A stretch of 64,000 nucleotides of DNA from Bryobacterales bacterium (GTDB lineage Bacteria > Acidobacteriota > Terriglobia > Bryobacterales > UBA6623): the NCBI GenBank assembly GCA_965213745.1, contig CBDBZZ010000025.1, positions 87,995 through 151,994 on the forward strand, in the 5' to 3' direction. Made by a program: the position numbers and the translations under genes. Of the stretch, positions 1 to 9,960 are shown in pieces (positions within the stretch are counted from its first letter, which is position 1; every line of letters begins with the position of its first letter). The notes beneath the pieces were generated by a model. The model did not search any database. It was not told where the DNA came from and saw nothing but the letters and a program-made list of their open reading frames with translations.

Positions 1-921
1 CGCAAGCCCGACATAGACCGAGGGCCCCCAAAGCGCGATCTGGGACATGATGAACTGGTCGGCCGCCAGCGCCTCGGGGGTGGCGCTACGGGCCAGCTTG
101 ATCGCTGCGATGATGTAGATCGCCATGCCTGCCAAGGTGGCACCGGTCGTGCCGATGGGGATGGAGCGCTGGGGGTCCTTCAAGTCGCCCGACAAGCCGA
201 GCCCCGCAATCATGCCCGTGAATGCCGGAAAGCAGGTCGCGAAGACAACTCCGAAGCTGTCGGGGCTATCGATCGTTGCGGCAATGTTCATGCCGTCCGG
301 CTTAATCTCGTCCGGCGCCGCACCAAACAGGAAGGCCGCAATGGAGCATGCAAGGACAACGCAGACGGCGTACAAGCCCCGAACGCCGAGGTCGGCCCCC
401 CTAGTGAGTATCAGCACGACGAGCAGTACGGTGCTCGGCAAGCTGATCCAACGGGGATCCTGAGAGATCCCGTAGGCGGCGGCCCATTCCAGGACAGGCT
501 GAAACGCCTCCGCGAAGGCCACCAAATAGAAGGCGATCGAGACCGCCTGCGACAGGTACAGCGCGATACCGATCGACCCGCCGATTCTAGGACCGAACGA
601 ACGGCTGATAATGAAGTACGCGCCGCCGCCGGCCACGCGCCGGTTCGTCGCGATCTCCGACACCGCCAGGACGGTCGGGATCGTGACCAAGTGTGCCAGC
701 AGAATCATCACGAGCGTGCCGCCGAGGCCTATGTGCCCGACTGCGTAGCCGAAGCGCAGAAAGAGGATCGCCCCGAGAATCGTGCTCAGCGACGTGAGGA
801 AGACGGGTGCCGTCCCGAACCCGTGGCCAGGGCGAGGTGCTTTCCGGGCACCCGAAGCGGTGGATTGCGCAGGGGCGGAGCCCCTCTGCTCGCTTTCCGG
901 TGGCCCCTGCTGTTCCATCAT
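1..921 (-). CDS. APC-superfamily permease, SLC12 cation:chloride cotransporter-like (first 307 codons; 3' end lies beyond window start)
   Basis: Absent from the ORF track because it runs off the window. Reverse translation from ATGATG (916-921) gives MMEQQGPPESE...FGTAPVFLTSLSTILGAILFLRFGYAVGHIGLGGTLVMILLAHLVTIPTVLAVSEIATNRRVAGGGAYFIISRSFGPRIGGSIG, an SLC12/APC TM1-TM3 signature. The frame stays open to nt 1. Confidence 0.7.
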   Translation of the reverse strand, partial: MMEQQGPPESEQRGSAPAQSTASGARKAPRPGHGFGTAPVFLTSLSTILGAILFLRFGYAVGHIGLGGTLVMILLAHLVTIPTVLAVSEIATNRRVAGGGAYFIISRSFGPRIGGSIGIALYLSQAVSIAFYLVAFAEAFQPVLEWAAAYGISQDPRWISLPSTVLLVVLILTRGADLGVRGLYAVCVVLACSIAAFLFGAAPDEIKPDGMNIAATIDSPDSFGVVFATCFPAFTGMIAGLGLSGDLKDPQRSIPIGTTGATLAGMAIYIIAAIKLARSATPEALAADQFIMSQIALWGPSVYVGLA

Positions 922-927
922 TGCTCC

Positions 928-1968
928 TTAAGGCCGACAGACGTCACGGCCAAAGGCCCCCCAGAGCCGCGTCCCCAGCGGCCCATCGCTGACCCCTAGC
1001 GGGATGCTCGAGGACCGCAGGTGCAGATCCCGTTGCGGAAACGGGATCTCGATATCCTCGCGCTTGAAGGCCTTGAAGACGGCAAAGTAGAGTTCGCTCG
1101 CGATCACACGCGGCGTCGTGACCTGCCTGGTGGTCCACACGCGCAGTTCAAAGTCCAGGGAACTCTCCCCGAATCCCGTGAAGATTACGTCCGCCGGAGG
1201 CTCGTTGAGCACATCGGGGTGGCTTGCGGCCACCTCCAACAAAATGCGACGCACACCGTCCGGGTCCGAGCCGTACGACACGCCCAGCGGCACGTTGATC
1301 CGCACGCGGCGGTCGTTGGCAGTCCAGTTCGTCACTCGTCCGTCTGTAAACTCCGAATTGGGCACAATCATGACGACATTGTTGTTCGTCCGAATCCAAG
1401 TGCTTCGGATCCCTATGTGGACGATGTCTCCGAGAAGATCGTTGATTTCGATGCGGTCTCCAACTCGAACTGGTCTCTCGATAAGAAGGATCAAGCCGGA
1501 CGCGAAGTTCTTGGAAATGGTCTGGAGTCCCAATCCGATTCCAATGCCAAGCGCACCGCTAAACAGAGCCAGGCTGGTCAAGTCCAGTCCGAGCAAGTTC
1601 AGGCCAACGAAAAGGCCGAGGCAGGCAATCGTATAGCCAATGCCGCGCTGCACCAAGAACTTCTGACCTTCGTCCCACTGAGTCCGATCCAGCACCTTGG
1701 AGCGCAGGATGCGGCCCACGGTGCTCGCAGTGAACCACACGAGGCCAAGATAGGCCACAACATAGCCAATGGATTCGGGGGTGAGGTTGACGTTGCCTAT
1801 CGCGAAGATCGGCCTGGACCACAGCGCCAAGAGGCGGCTCTTCAATTCGGGATAGAGTGCTCCGAGGAGGAGCGGCTGGAAATGCCACAGCCCCGCCAGC
1901 ACAATGCATGCAAATCCGAACAACCCAAACTTGAAGGTGACCGACCGGCTCATGGCGGTATGCCTCAT
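928..1968 (-). CDS. MscS-family mechanosensitive ion channel
   Basis: 346-aa ORF with N-terminal hydrophobic helices followed by the MscS beta-domain signature LILLIERPVRVGDRIEINDLLGDIVHIGIRSTWIRTNNNVVMIVPNSEF. Its stop lies 6 nt from the permease start on the same strand. Confidence 0.85.
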   Translation of the reverse strand: MRHTAMSRSVTFKFGLFGFACIVLAGLWHFQPLLLGALYPELKSRLLALWSRPIFAIGNVNLTPESIGYVVAYLGLVWFTASTVGRILRSKVLDRTQWDEGQKFLVQRGIGYTIACLGLFVGLNLLGLDLTSLALFSGALGIGIGLGLQTISKNFASGLILLIERPVRVGDRIEINDLLGDIVHIGIRSTWIRTNNNVVMIVPNSEFTDGRVTNWTANDRRVRINVPLGVSYGSDPDGVRRILLEVAASHPDVLNEPPADVIFTGFGESSLDFELRVWTTRQVTTPRVIASELYFAVFKAFKREDIEIPFPQRDLHLRSSSIPLGVSDGPLGTRLWGAFGRDVCRP

Positions 1969-2296
1969 CCTACCTCATCGTGCCCTTTTCCACGAATCAT
2001 CTCCAAGCCGGCTCTGACCTAAGCACAGCTCAAACCGGGGCTCAAGGCGCAAAGCACTCACAATGTGGCCCTCGGGTGCGGACCACGCAGGCCGCTGCAA
2101 ACTCACGCGGTGACTCACGCACATGCCCACACCGCCGGAACGAGGCAGCTTCTCCCCTCGGTCGCCCCTCGCGACATGATCGACTCCGGAGCCCACCTGC
2201 GACGGCCACATGCCCGACAAGCCTCCCCGGGCTCACCAACAGCACCTTTGGCAGCCCCACTACGCAAGCAGCGCTCGTGCGGTCTGCCGACCCACA

Positions 2297-2402
2297 CCCT
2301 GATTCCCGGGTAAGGATTCCGGTTGCTAGACGAAACGTGTTTGTGCTGTCATGATTTAGGAGGCCCTCCGGGGTGTCCGGGGTATTGCACCTCGGGAGTG
2401 CC
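2297..2402 (+). mobile_element. IS1380-like element, left-end fragment (~105 bp)
   Basis: CCCTGATTCCCGGGTAAGGATTCCGG...ATTGCACCTCGGGAGTGCC aligns with the left ends of the copies at 53028, 54834 and 57086. Homology stops where the IS630 terminus TACTGACCGG begins (2403). Confidence 0.6.
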
Positions 2403-3078
2403 TACTGACCGGTGCAAAAGTCGTGTCCTCAGAATGCAGGCAGGAATAGACTTGCAGTCTGCCTATCGAAAGAAGGCTCGCGACTGACCCGCCGCTGGAC
2501 CAAGACCCCTAGCAGTTCCACCGGATTGACTGGCGGCGAGTAGGCCGGCTGAAAATACAGATCTACCGCGGCTTGGTTCGCTTCCAGCCACTCCCGGATT
2601 GTCCGTGTGCGGTGCATCCTGCAGTTGTCCACCACCAGCAGAATCTTCCGATCCGCTTCCTCCGCGATCCGCTCCGAAAACTCCCGGAAGACCTCCGCGG
2701 TGGCAGGGCCTTCCCACACCCTGTCCTCGGGCTGGCCCTCCGGGCTGCTGGCCGTCAGCCGGTGGAGGCGGAAGCGCCCGCTGGCGACCCGTACGATGGG
2801 GGTCTGTCCGCGGAGGCCCCCAGAGCGTCCGAACACGCTCTGCGCAGCCAAGCCGGACTCGTCGGCGCAGGCGATCAGAGCTCCCCACTCCTGGGCACGG
2901 CGAAGGATCTTAGGGGACTTTGGGGCTTCCCACCTGATCTACGACGACGGTGCGGATCCAGGCGACGTACCGGTCTGTCCCTTGACGCGGTCGTCCCGTT
3001 CTTTTTCGATCTCGCAGGTTCTTCATGCCTCCCAGGAAAACCACGTTTTTTCGAACCTCGAACTTCTGGCCTACAGTA
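2403..3078 (-). mobile_element. IS630-family element (subtype A), internally deleted and frame-broken copy
   Basis: Minus-strand frames give transposase pieces: EVFREFSERIAEEADRKILLVVDNCRMHRTRTIREWLEANQAAVDLYFQPAYSPPVNPVE (2429-2851), and the HTH part in another frame. Both closely resemble the intact copy at 17551-18584. Termini are TACTGACCGGTGCAAAAGTCG (2403) and ...GGCCTACAGTA (3078). This copy is about 360 bp shorter than the intact one. Confidence 0.75.
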
Positions 3079-3185
3079 AGGCTTGGAAAATAAAAATCTT
3101 TCTTTTTCCATGCTCATCGTGGACAACAAAGCCACTCAGCAGATCAATCGACGAAAGGATTCCAGGGACACGAATTTTGATGCGA

Positions 3186-4775
3186 TCAGTAATAGCGCGT
3201 AGACAAGCTTTTTTTTGCTTGGGGTTTTTGGGCATGGTCTCCGAAGAATTCCTGATACGCCTTTTCAATCCGCCGTATTTCCCCAGCGGTTAGAGCCGCG
3301 AACTCTTTTTCGCGACCGCGCTGTGAGAGCTTGCCCTTATTCTGGTCGAGAAAACGAAAAAGGAGTTCGGCCAAGCGCGTCGGCATGTCCACGATCCGGC
3401 GCAGTTCTGCACGGAACGCATCGGCCCGCCGGAGGAAGTCGGCCTCCTCCGGCAAGTCCACTTCGATGGTCCGCTGGACGCAGCCATAGAGAAACTCGGC
3501 CTGCTTCGTCGCGTCGAAGAAACGGTAGAAGTCGCCCGTGTCGCCGAGCACGCGCACATTACCGGTCTCGGTCGGTTCCCAGGAGACAGCGGGAAGCAGC
3601 CTGCGTGAATAGTCCTCCAGCGAGGTGCGGTAATCGCTGATCCGTGCCAGGATCGCCGCCGACACAGGAAACACCATGCCAGGCGGCGCGAATCCGCGCC
3701 GCGCCAGCACATGGTGGATCAGATAGCGGTGCAATCGACCGTTTCCATCCTCGTAAGGGTGGACATAGACAAAGCCGAAAGCCAACGACGCAGCTTCCAG
3801 TACTGCATCGAGAGTTCCACCAGCCCGTTGATCGAAGGCGATCATCCCGCCCACCAGCCCGGGCAAATCCTCCGGCCGTGCATTGATATGGTCCGGGAGC
3901 GGTATGCCCGTCGTGCGGTCATGCTCGCCGACGAAGCCTCCTTCGCTTCGCAGTCCGAGATGCACGAACCGGTCGTCCCCGATCACGATGCGTTGCAGAC
4001 GGTCCAACTCCTCGGCGTCGAGCGCCCGTCGACCTGCTTCCCCCAAGGCCCGTCCCCAGCGCTGGATGCGGTCATGCGCGCCACCTTGACTCTCAATTGA
4101 GAAGCTGGCCTTCGAGTCCTTCAGGAGCAGGAAGGCAGCCGTACGCGCCATTAGGTCGCGTGGAACAGCAGCTGCGGCTTCTTGTGCCGCCGTTTCTAGA
4201 CCGAGACTTTGGAAACGCTGGAGGGCCTCGGTGCGGTACACAAGCGGGCAAAAAGCCGGAGTGCCGGGAAGATTGTTCTTGACCTTGTGCCGAGATGACG
4301 TCTCGGCACCGCGGCCGTACTGCAGCTTCGGATCAACAACCGGCGCGTACGCGCCCCGCGCAGCATTGGGCAGGTCCAGGCGACGCGAAGTCAGCCACTC
4401 GTAGAGAAACCAAATTCTGCGCGCGTAGCCTCCGGTCGGTGTGTTGCGCACGATCCGTTCAATCGGCTCCGCCTTTATTTTGAGGAACAGGCGCTTGAGG
4501 ACCGCTAGGTCAAGGCCTTCGTACTTCAGGGCGAACCTTAGATGTCCCTCAAGCGTCGGGGGCGGCGTATGGCGGGGCGAATAGATGCGCCATCCGTCCC
4601 GGTCCAAGATCCTGTGCCGACTGCCCGTGGCACAGAGCGCTCGAGGCAGGGGGACACGCAGGCCATAGGCGTCAATCAGGGCTGCGTAACCTGCCGGAGC
4701 TGCCGGTTCAGGCAGCCTGCGCTCGTGAAAAACGGTAATTTCCCGTGAAAAACAATGTCCACTGGCATGATTCAT
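3186..4775 (-). CDS. Fic/DOC-family protein (probable AMPylase), 529 aa
   Basis: Canonical Fic motif HPYEDGNGRLHR (aa 339-350, nt 3726-3761). An upstream SFSIES (aa 224-229, nt 4089-4106) resembles the [ST]xxxE[GN] inhibitory helix. Confidence 0.85.
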   Translation of the reverse strand: MNHASGHCFSREITVFHERRLPEPAAPAGYAALIDAYGLRVPLPRALCATGSRHRILDRDGWRIYSPRHTPPPTLEGHLRFALKYEGLDLAVLKRLFLKIKAEPIERIVRNTPTGGYARRIWFLYEWLTSRRLDLPNAARGAYAPVVDPKLQYGRGAETSSRHKVKNNLPGTPAFCPLVYRTEALQRFQSLGLETAAQEAAAAVPRDLMARTAAFLLLKDSKASFSIESQGGAHDRIQRWGRALGEAGRRALDAEELDRLQRIVIGDDRFVHLGLRSEGGFVGEHDRTTGIPLPDHINARPEDLPGLVGGMIAFDQRAGGTLDAVLEAASLAFGFVYVHPYEDGNGRLHRYLIHHVLARRGFAPPGMVFPVSAAILARISDYRTSLEDYSRRLLPAVSWEPTETGNVRVLGDTGDFYRFFDATKQAEFLYGCVQRTIEVDLPEEADFLRRADAFRAELRRIVDMPTRLAELLFRFLDQNKGKLSQRGREKEFAALTAGEIRRIEKAYQEFFGDHAQKPQAKKSLSTRYY

Positions 4776-5507
4776 GCTTTTTATATTACTAAGTCAGCGA
4801 TGCTGCACCAAGACTTGCAATTCTGTGATTCATGATACCTATGTTCAGTTCGGCATGGACTTCCAGTCCAAAAGTCTAGTCCCTGTGAAATTTTGTTTCC
4901 GGGTACGCCGTCCGGTTCGGTGCCCGCCCTGCCCGCTCGAGGCTGGAACATGGCCAAAGCCACCAGTCTCGCGACGCGCAAACGGTGGACTATCTGTAGG
5001 GATGGAGCGTGGCATGGTCCAGAACACCGCAAATGGTTTGGTCCCGGCCAAGCAACTCGAGGAGCAACCCTGCCATTCCCCCTGCGGCGAGGCCCCCCAC
5101 ACCGGCGCTCGGCGACCGCGTCGCTCAGATGCTCGCTGCCAGCCGCGCTCCCGCACGAGGTGCGATCACGGTACGGGCCAGACTACCCCAGCAGCGCTCC
5201 GCACCTCCGGCCGTGACCGGCAACCAGCAGGAAAACAGCGCATCGCCGGATCCGCTGCAATCCATTGGCGAACCATTCTCGGACAGGGACAGGACCCGTT
5301 GCGCCGGACAACCTCACTTCGATCCTTGCGTGGAATCCAGACCGCCCAAGCAAACGGTCGCCGCCTTTCGCCAGAACGCTCACGCCCGGTGCGGCGTCGG
5401 CAACCCAGCGCCCATGATTACTCTGGCTATCTCGCGGCGCAGCCAACGGACATCCATGCCACCAGCCTCCCCGGCAAGATCCTCGAGAGACGCACGTTGT
5501 CTTGACT

Positions 5508-6320
5508 CTATAGCCCACGCAGCAGTCGGCGCACCTGGGAAGCGGGCTCCGAATCCAGCCGGCGGTTCGGGCTGGCCAGATAGCGCTCCAGGAGCTGGCG
5601 CGCTCGAGAGTAGTAGCTCCGGCGTTTCGCTTGCACCCACGCCTTGGCGGCGGCCAACCACACATCGGGATTCTCCGGCTCTCGGGACAGGGCGTCCTCA
5701 AACAGTGCATCACTGGGCTGCACCTTCCCTCGGCGGGCCAGGAATCCTGCGTAAGTCAACTGATAGCCGATGTTCGCCGGCTCGAGCTGCCGGGCAAGAC
5801 CGTATTTCTCCTCAGCGCGAGCGAAGTCCTCAGCTTGCTCAAAACAGGCACCCCACGCATGTGCGCCGCGGGCCGAATCGAGACGTTCGATCTCACCCGC
5901 GAGCCTCCTCGCCTCGTCCTTCTGCCCGCCGACGAAGCCGGGTGCCTCCAGATGAAACCGGTGCAGGGCCTCGAGAGCATCCAGGTTCGTGCCGTCGAGT
6001 TCGACCGCCTCCTGAAATGCCTGCCGCACTTGTTTCGCCAAGGGGGCGGCCTGAAGCCGCCGGAGGCCCGTCATCTGGTTCGCCCGCCGTCCGATCGCAC
6101 GGCCGAGCCACAGCTTGTAGGTCGCGTTGGTGGGATCCTCCCCCAAGGCACGCTCAAATGCCCCTTGGGCCTTCCGGTACTCCTCGGCCGCATAGAGTCG
6201 CAGCCCCTCGTTCCAGTCTGTCGCGCCGGGCGATTGGGCCGACGGCAACGAGCTGCCCACCCCGACGAGGAGGCACGCAATCGCCAAGTGCCCCAAGTGC
6301 CGAGTGGTAGCGCTGATCAT
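5508..6320 (-). CDS. secreted TPR-repeat protein
   Basis: 270-aa ORF with a signal-like N-terminus (LGHLAIACLLVGVGSS). It is followed by repeated helical A/Y/L-rich ~34-aa units, e.g. EEYRKAQGAFERALGEDPTNATYKLWLGRA and FARAEEKYGLARQLEPANIGYQLTYAGFL. Confidence 0.6.
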   Translation of the reverse strand: MISATTRHLGHLAIACLLVGVGSSLPSAQSPGATDWNEGLRLYAAEEYRKAQGAFERALGEDPTNATYKLWLGRAIGRRANQMTGLRRLQAAPLAKQVRQAFQEAVELDGTNLDALEALHRFHLEAPGFVGGQKDEARRLAGEIERLDSARGAHAWGACFEQAEDFARAEEKYGLARQLEPANIGYQLTYAGFLARRGKVQPSDALFEDALSREPENPDVWLAAAKAWVQAKRRSYYSRARQLLERYLASPNRRLDSEPASQVRRLLRGL

Positions 6321-6608
6321 CCTGCAATTCTAAACCGCATACTCGGATGTGTCGCTACCGACAGGCTTTTTGCAAACACAGTTACGCACATCGACTGTCG
6401 GATCCGCGAGTCTTTCTGCGGAGAGCTGCCGCTCGCCGTGAGCAGATTGATGCACGGTTCGGGCGACAACTCGGAAGGAGCTGCTGATAGGCGAGATTCG
6501 CCTGCCCCGCAGGCGTGGTTCCGACGGTCGGCCCGGCGGAGGCACAGCCGGCGCACTGCCGTGGCGGTGCCGAAACTCGGTGGAATTGACGGGGCCGGCG
6601 GCTGGGAA

Positions 6609-7037
6609 TCAGCCGCCGGGGTCGCTGGCCACCACAGCGAGGGTCTCGTTCGGGCACAGACGGAAGTTTCCCATTGCCTGCCTCAGGTTTCGGTACCCCA
6701 GCAGTCGCAGGATTAAGACCGCCAGGTGCGCGAGCCCCTCCGGCACCCACGGCAGCGACCTCTTTCGCGCTAGGCACGGATCTCCGGCCCGCTTCACGTC
6801 CCGCCCGGAATACATCTTCTTCCTTCTTCCACCGCCCCTCAGCACAGTCGCCGTCACTGCCGCAAAGCGCTTCCGGCAGTCGCGGCAGCGGTATGGCATG
6901 CGCGGGTGCGCCGCATCGGATTGGACGCGCTGGGGCTGACAATGCAGGCATACTAGGCCGTCCGGCCACTCCAGCGATAAAGAGTACAATCTCACTGGGC
7001 CTTCGCAGTCGGCGCGCATGCCGACGCTAGGTGCCAT
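6609..7037 (-). pseudogene. IS1595-family transposase, N-terminal zinc-ribbon remnant
   Basis: LEWPDGLVCLHC...YRCRDCRKRFAAVTATVL is the paired-Cys ribbon typical of ISXO2/IS1595 transposase N-termini. No DDE domain follows in any frame. Confidence 0.45.
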
Positions 7038-7085
7038 TCAGGCTGGAACCTAAAACTTCCCGCAGGCGAATCGGCTGGAGGAACC

Positions 7086-8132
7086 ATGCGTCCGATTACC
7101 CGCAGAAAAGCGATGGCGACCGCGATCGCCGGCGTCGCGAGCGCCACCCAAGTCTCGGCGCAGAAGCAGCTCGGCGCTGCGATCGTCGGCACATCCCATT
7201 CCCATGCCTTGGGGCATCTGGAGTCTATCCGCGACTCGCAGAACTACCACTTCGTTGCTGCGGCAGAGCCAAACTCGAAGCTCCTGGAGCAAGCCCGAGC
7301 CAATCCCCGCTGGGCGGGAGTGCGCTGGGCCACGGTCGAGGAGATCCTCGCCGACGAGACAGTCGATGTGGTCTGCGTCGAAATGGATCCGTTCGATGCC
7401 CTGCCCTACTCGCTAGCTGCCGTACGGGCCGGCAAGCACACCAAGATCGACAAGCCGCCGGGAGTGAACCTCGGGCTGCTGGAGCGCATCTACAGCGAGG
7501 CCCGGAGTCGGAACGTGGTCGTGCAGATCGGATACGTCTACCGCTACAACCCAGCGTTCCGGCTGGCGCGCCGCGCCCTCGACGAACGCTGGCTCGGGCC
7601 GATTCGATCGGCCTCTTGCCAGATGAATGACATGCAGACACCCGAAAGCCGCAAGCGCCTAGACCGCTATCCCGGCGGGCAGATGTATGAGATCTGCTGT
7701 CACATGATCGACGCCTTGATCTGGCTCATGGGGCCTCCGCACCGCGTTAGCTCCGTGCTGAGACAATCCAAACCCGGACAGGATCAGTTCGAGGACGATG
7801 TGATCGGGACGTTCGAGTTCGACTCTGCGGTAGCGACTGTCAAAAGCCACACCCGCGACGGGGAGCGACACTTCTACCTGTTCGGCGAGTGCGGGTCGAT
7901 CCAGATCGACGACCCGGACAGGCCTAGGGTGCGCTTGGTCCTCAGCGAACCGCACGGAGGATTCCGGGCCGGCAGTCAAGAGGTGGATGTGGGGCCCTCA
8001 AGACGCTACCTGCCGGACTTCGACGACTTGGCCGGGGCGATCCGCGAGCAGCGCTGGGTGGAGCACTTCACGCCGGAGCACGACCTCGCCGTGCAGCGGG
8101 CATTGCTGCAAGCGTGCGGCATGGGAGTCTAG
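7086..8132 (+). CDS. Gfo/Idh/MocA-family oxidoreductase with Tat signal
   Basis: 348 aa. Twin-arginine leader MRPITRRKAMATAIAGVASATQVSA, Rossmann-type N-domain (GAAIVGTSHSHA), and KIDKPPG in the position of the family EKP motif. Confidence 0.8.
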   Translation: MRPITRRKAMATAIAGVASATQVSAQKQLGAAIVGTSHSHALGHLESIRDSQNYHFVAAAEPNSKLLEQARANPRWAGVRWATVEEILADETVDVVCVEMDPFDALPYSLAAVRAGKHTKIDKPPGVNLGLLERIYSEARSRNVVVQIGYVYRYNPAFRLARRALDERWLGPIRSASCQMNDMQTPESRKRLDRYPGGQMYEICCHMIDALIWLMGPPHRVSSVLRQSKPGQDQFEDDVIGTFEFDSAVATVKSHTRDGERHFYLFGECGSIQIDDPDRPRVRLVLSEPHGGFRAGSQEVDVGPSRRYLPDFDDLAGAIREQRWVEHFTPEHDLAVQRALLQACGMGV

Positions 8133-8332
8133 CCGGCACCGGCTGCCGCCCGCCTCTGCGCTGCGGAGAGCGCAACAGGACGATAATCGAAGAGCATGAG
8201 CCCCGGCTCGCCCGACGGACTCGCTTGGAGCAGCCCGGCCCAGAGTTCCTGTTGCCGATAGCCGACTCCAGAATCGGCGGAACCGTTGCAGCCTCACGCC
8301 GAGCGCCCTTGGCTGATGAGAGCGATTACCCA

Positions 8333-9355
8333 ATGCCGAAACTATTCGCCGCAATAGCGGCTACCACGGCGATCTTCGCCTCGTGCGGCGCGCCGCACGA
8401 ACCTCCGCAAGCAAACAGCGAATCCCGAGAATTCGGCTCATGGACAACTGTCGCGACGACGGGCAACCCTACTGCACGGCATGAGGCCGCGATGGTGGCC
8501 CACGGAGGCAAGGGCTATCTGCTCGGCGGTCGGGGCGTAAAGCCCGTCGAAGAATTCGATCCGGCCACCAACACGTGGCGCGCACTGCGGCCGACCCCCC
8601 TCGAGATGCACCACTTCCAGCCCGTCTCTTACGGAGACCGCATCTACGTCATGACGGCGATGAGCGGAGCATACCCGAAGGAGGTGCCTCTCGAGACCAC
8701 CTATACCTACGACCCGGCCCAGGATACTTGGGAAAAGGGTGCCGCGATTCCTGCCGGGCGACGGCGCGGAGGCGCTGGAACCGTCGTGCATGACGGCAAG
8801 ATCTACATTGTGGCCGGAATCATAGACGGGCATACCAGCGGGACTGTGGCATGGTTCGACGAGTTCGATCCCGCCACCGGCTCGTGGCGGGTGCTGCCAG
8901 ACGCCCCGCACGCCCGCGATCACTTCTCGGCCGTGGTGTGGGGGGAGCGGCTGTACTGCATCGGGGGCCGGGACACGAGCTACCACGAGCCGGACAACTT
9001 CACAGCGTTCTTCGCGAAGGTTGTCCGCGAAGTCGATGTCTACGACTTTGCGGCGGGTACCTGGACGACATTGGAGGAGCCGTTGCCGGTTGGCACTGCG
9101 GCCGGAGGCCTCGCGGCCCTCGATGGATGCATCTACTACGCCGGCGGCGAGACGGCCCAACGGGAGGCCCACTCGGAAACTTATCGTCTCGATCCTCGTA
9201 CAGGAGTGTGGCAATTGGAAGGTTCGCTGCAGAGGGGGCGGCACGGCGGCGGTGCAGCGGTGCTCGACGGGAGGATCTACTTTGCCGTCGGCAGCGGCAA
9301 CCGCGGCGGAGGCCCGGAACTTGATTCCACCGAAGTCTTCGACCCGGCAAACTGA
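8333..9355 (+). CDS. Kelch-repeat beta-propeller lipoprotein
   Basis: Start set at ATG 8333 inside ORF 8114-9355, exposing a lipobox signal MPKLFAAIAATTAIFASC. Repeated blades are visible: GGKGYLLGGRG, DRIYVMTA, DGKIYIVAGI, GERLYCIGGRD, DGCIYYAGGE, DGRIYFAVGSG. Confidence 0.75.
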   Translation: MPKLFAAIAATTAIFASCGAPHEPPQANSESREFGSWTTVATTGNPTARHEAAMVAHGGKGYLLGGRGVKPVEEFDPATNTWRALRPTPLEMHHFQPVSYGDRIYVMTAMSGAYPKEVPLETTYTYDPAQDTWEKGAAIPAGRRRGGAGTVVHDGKIYIVAGIIDGHTSGTVAWFDEFDPATGSWRVLPDAPHARDHFSAVVWGERLYCIGGRDTSYHEPDNFTAFFAKVVREVDVYDFAAGTWTTLEEPLPVGTAAGGLAALDGCIYYAGGETAQREAHSETYRLDPRTGVWQLEGSLQRGRHGGGAAVLDGRIYFAVGSGNRGGGPELDSTEVFDPAN

Positions 9356-9439
9356 TGGCCCGCCTCACCGTGCCGGTTCCATGGACCGTGGTCCCGACGG
9401 AGCCCAAGCGCAGCTAGCGGCCCGGTGTTTGGGGCAATC

Positions 9440-9960
9440 TGGAGAACCAAGCATACTTCCGGGTGGTGCTGCGTGTCGGTTACGCCCAGAGGGTCGACCC
9501 AAGCTGCCCAAGCTCCTCCTTGACGCACAGACAGCGAAGAGCCGATCCCCGAAACTGGGTTCGCCCACTGGCTAACGTTGGTCCGCTCGAAAACCATTTC
9601 CGTCGGGTTCAGCTCCGGGCTGTACCGCGGCAGCGGCAGCGCCACATTCTCCGGGACCTCCAGCCTCTTCGCCTTGCACCAACCGCAGCCGTCCTGCACC
9701 ACCACCGTCCGCGCTCCCGGCACCACCGCCGCGCCGATCGCCCGCAGATGCATGTTCATGCCAGCGGTGCCGACCGGGCCGATGCAGGTTCTGGTGCGAC
9801 CTGTTCCGTCCAGCATGTTGCATGGCAGGGCGTAGTGGTGCAATACATAGTCGAAGTCGTACGAATCGTTGATGTCGCGTGCAAGTGCGTCGAGCTGCCA
9901 GCCAAACCGCATGTTGTGCTGCTGGCCAGCGGTGCCGCCTCAATAGATCCCGGTCAGCGA
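9440..9960 (-). pseudogene. IS630/Tc1-mariner-type DDE transposase, C-terminal remnant
   Basis: MNMHLRAIGAAVVPGARTVVVQDGCGWCKAKRLEVPENVALPLPRYSPELNPTEMVFE matches the C-terminal catalytic region. The N-terminal half is missing, and the remnant abuts a low-GC patch (9961-10400). Confidence 0.55.
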
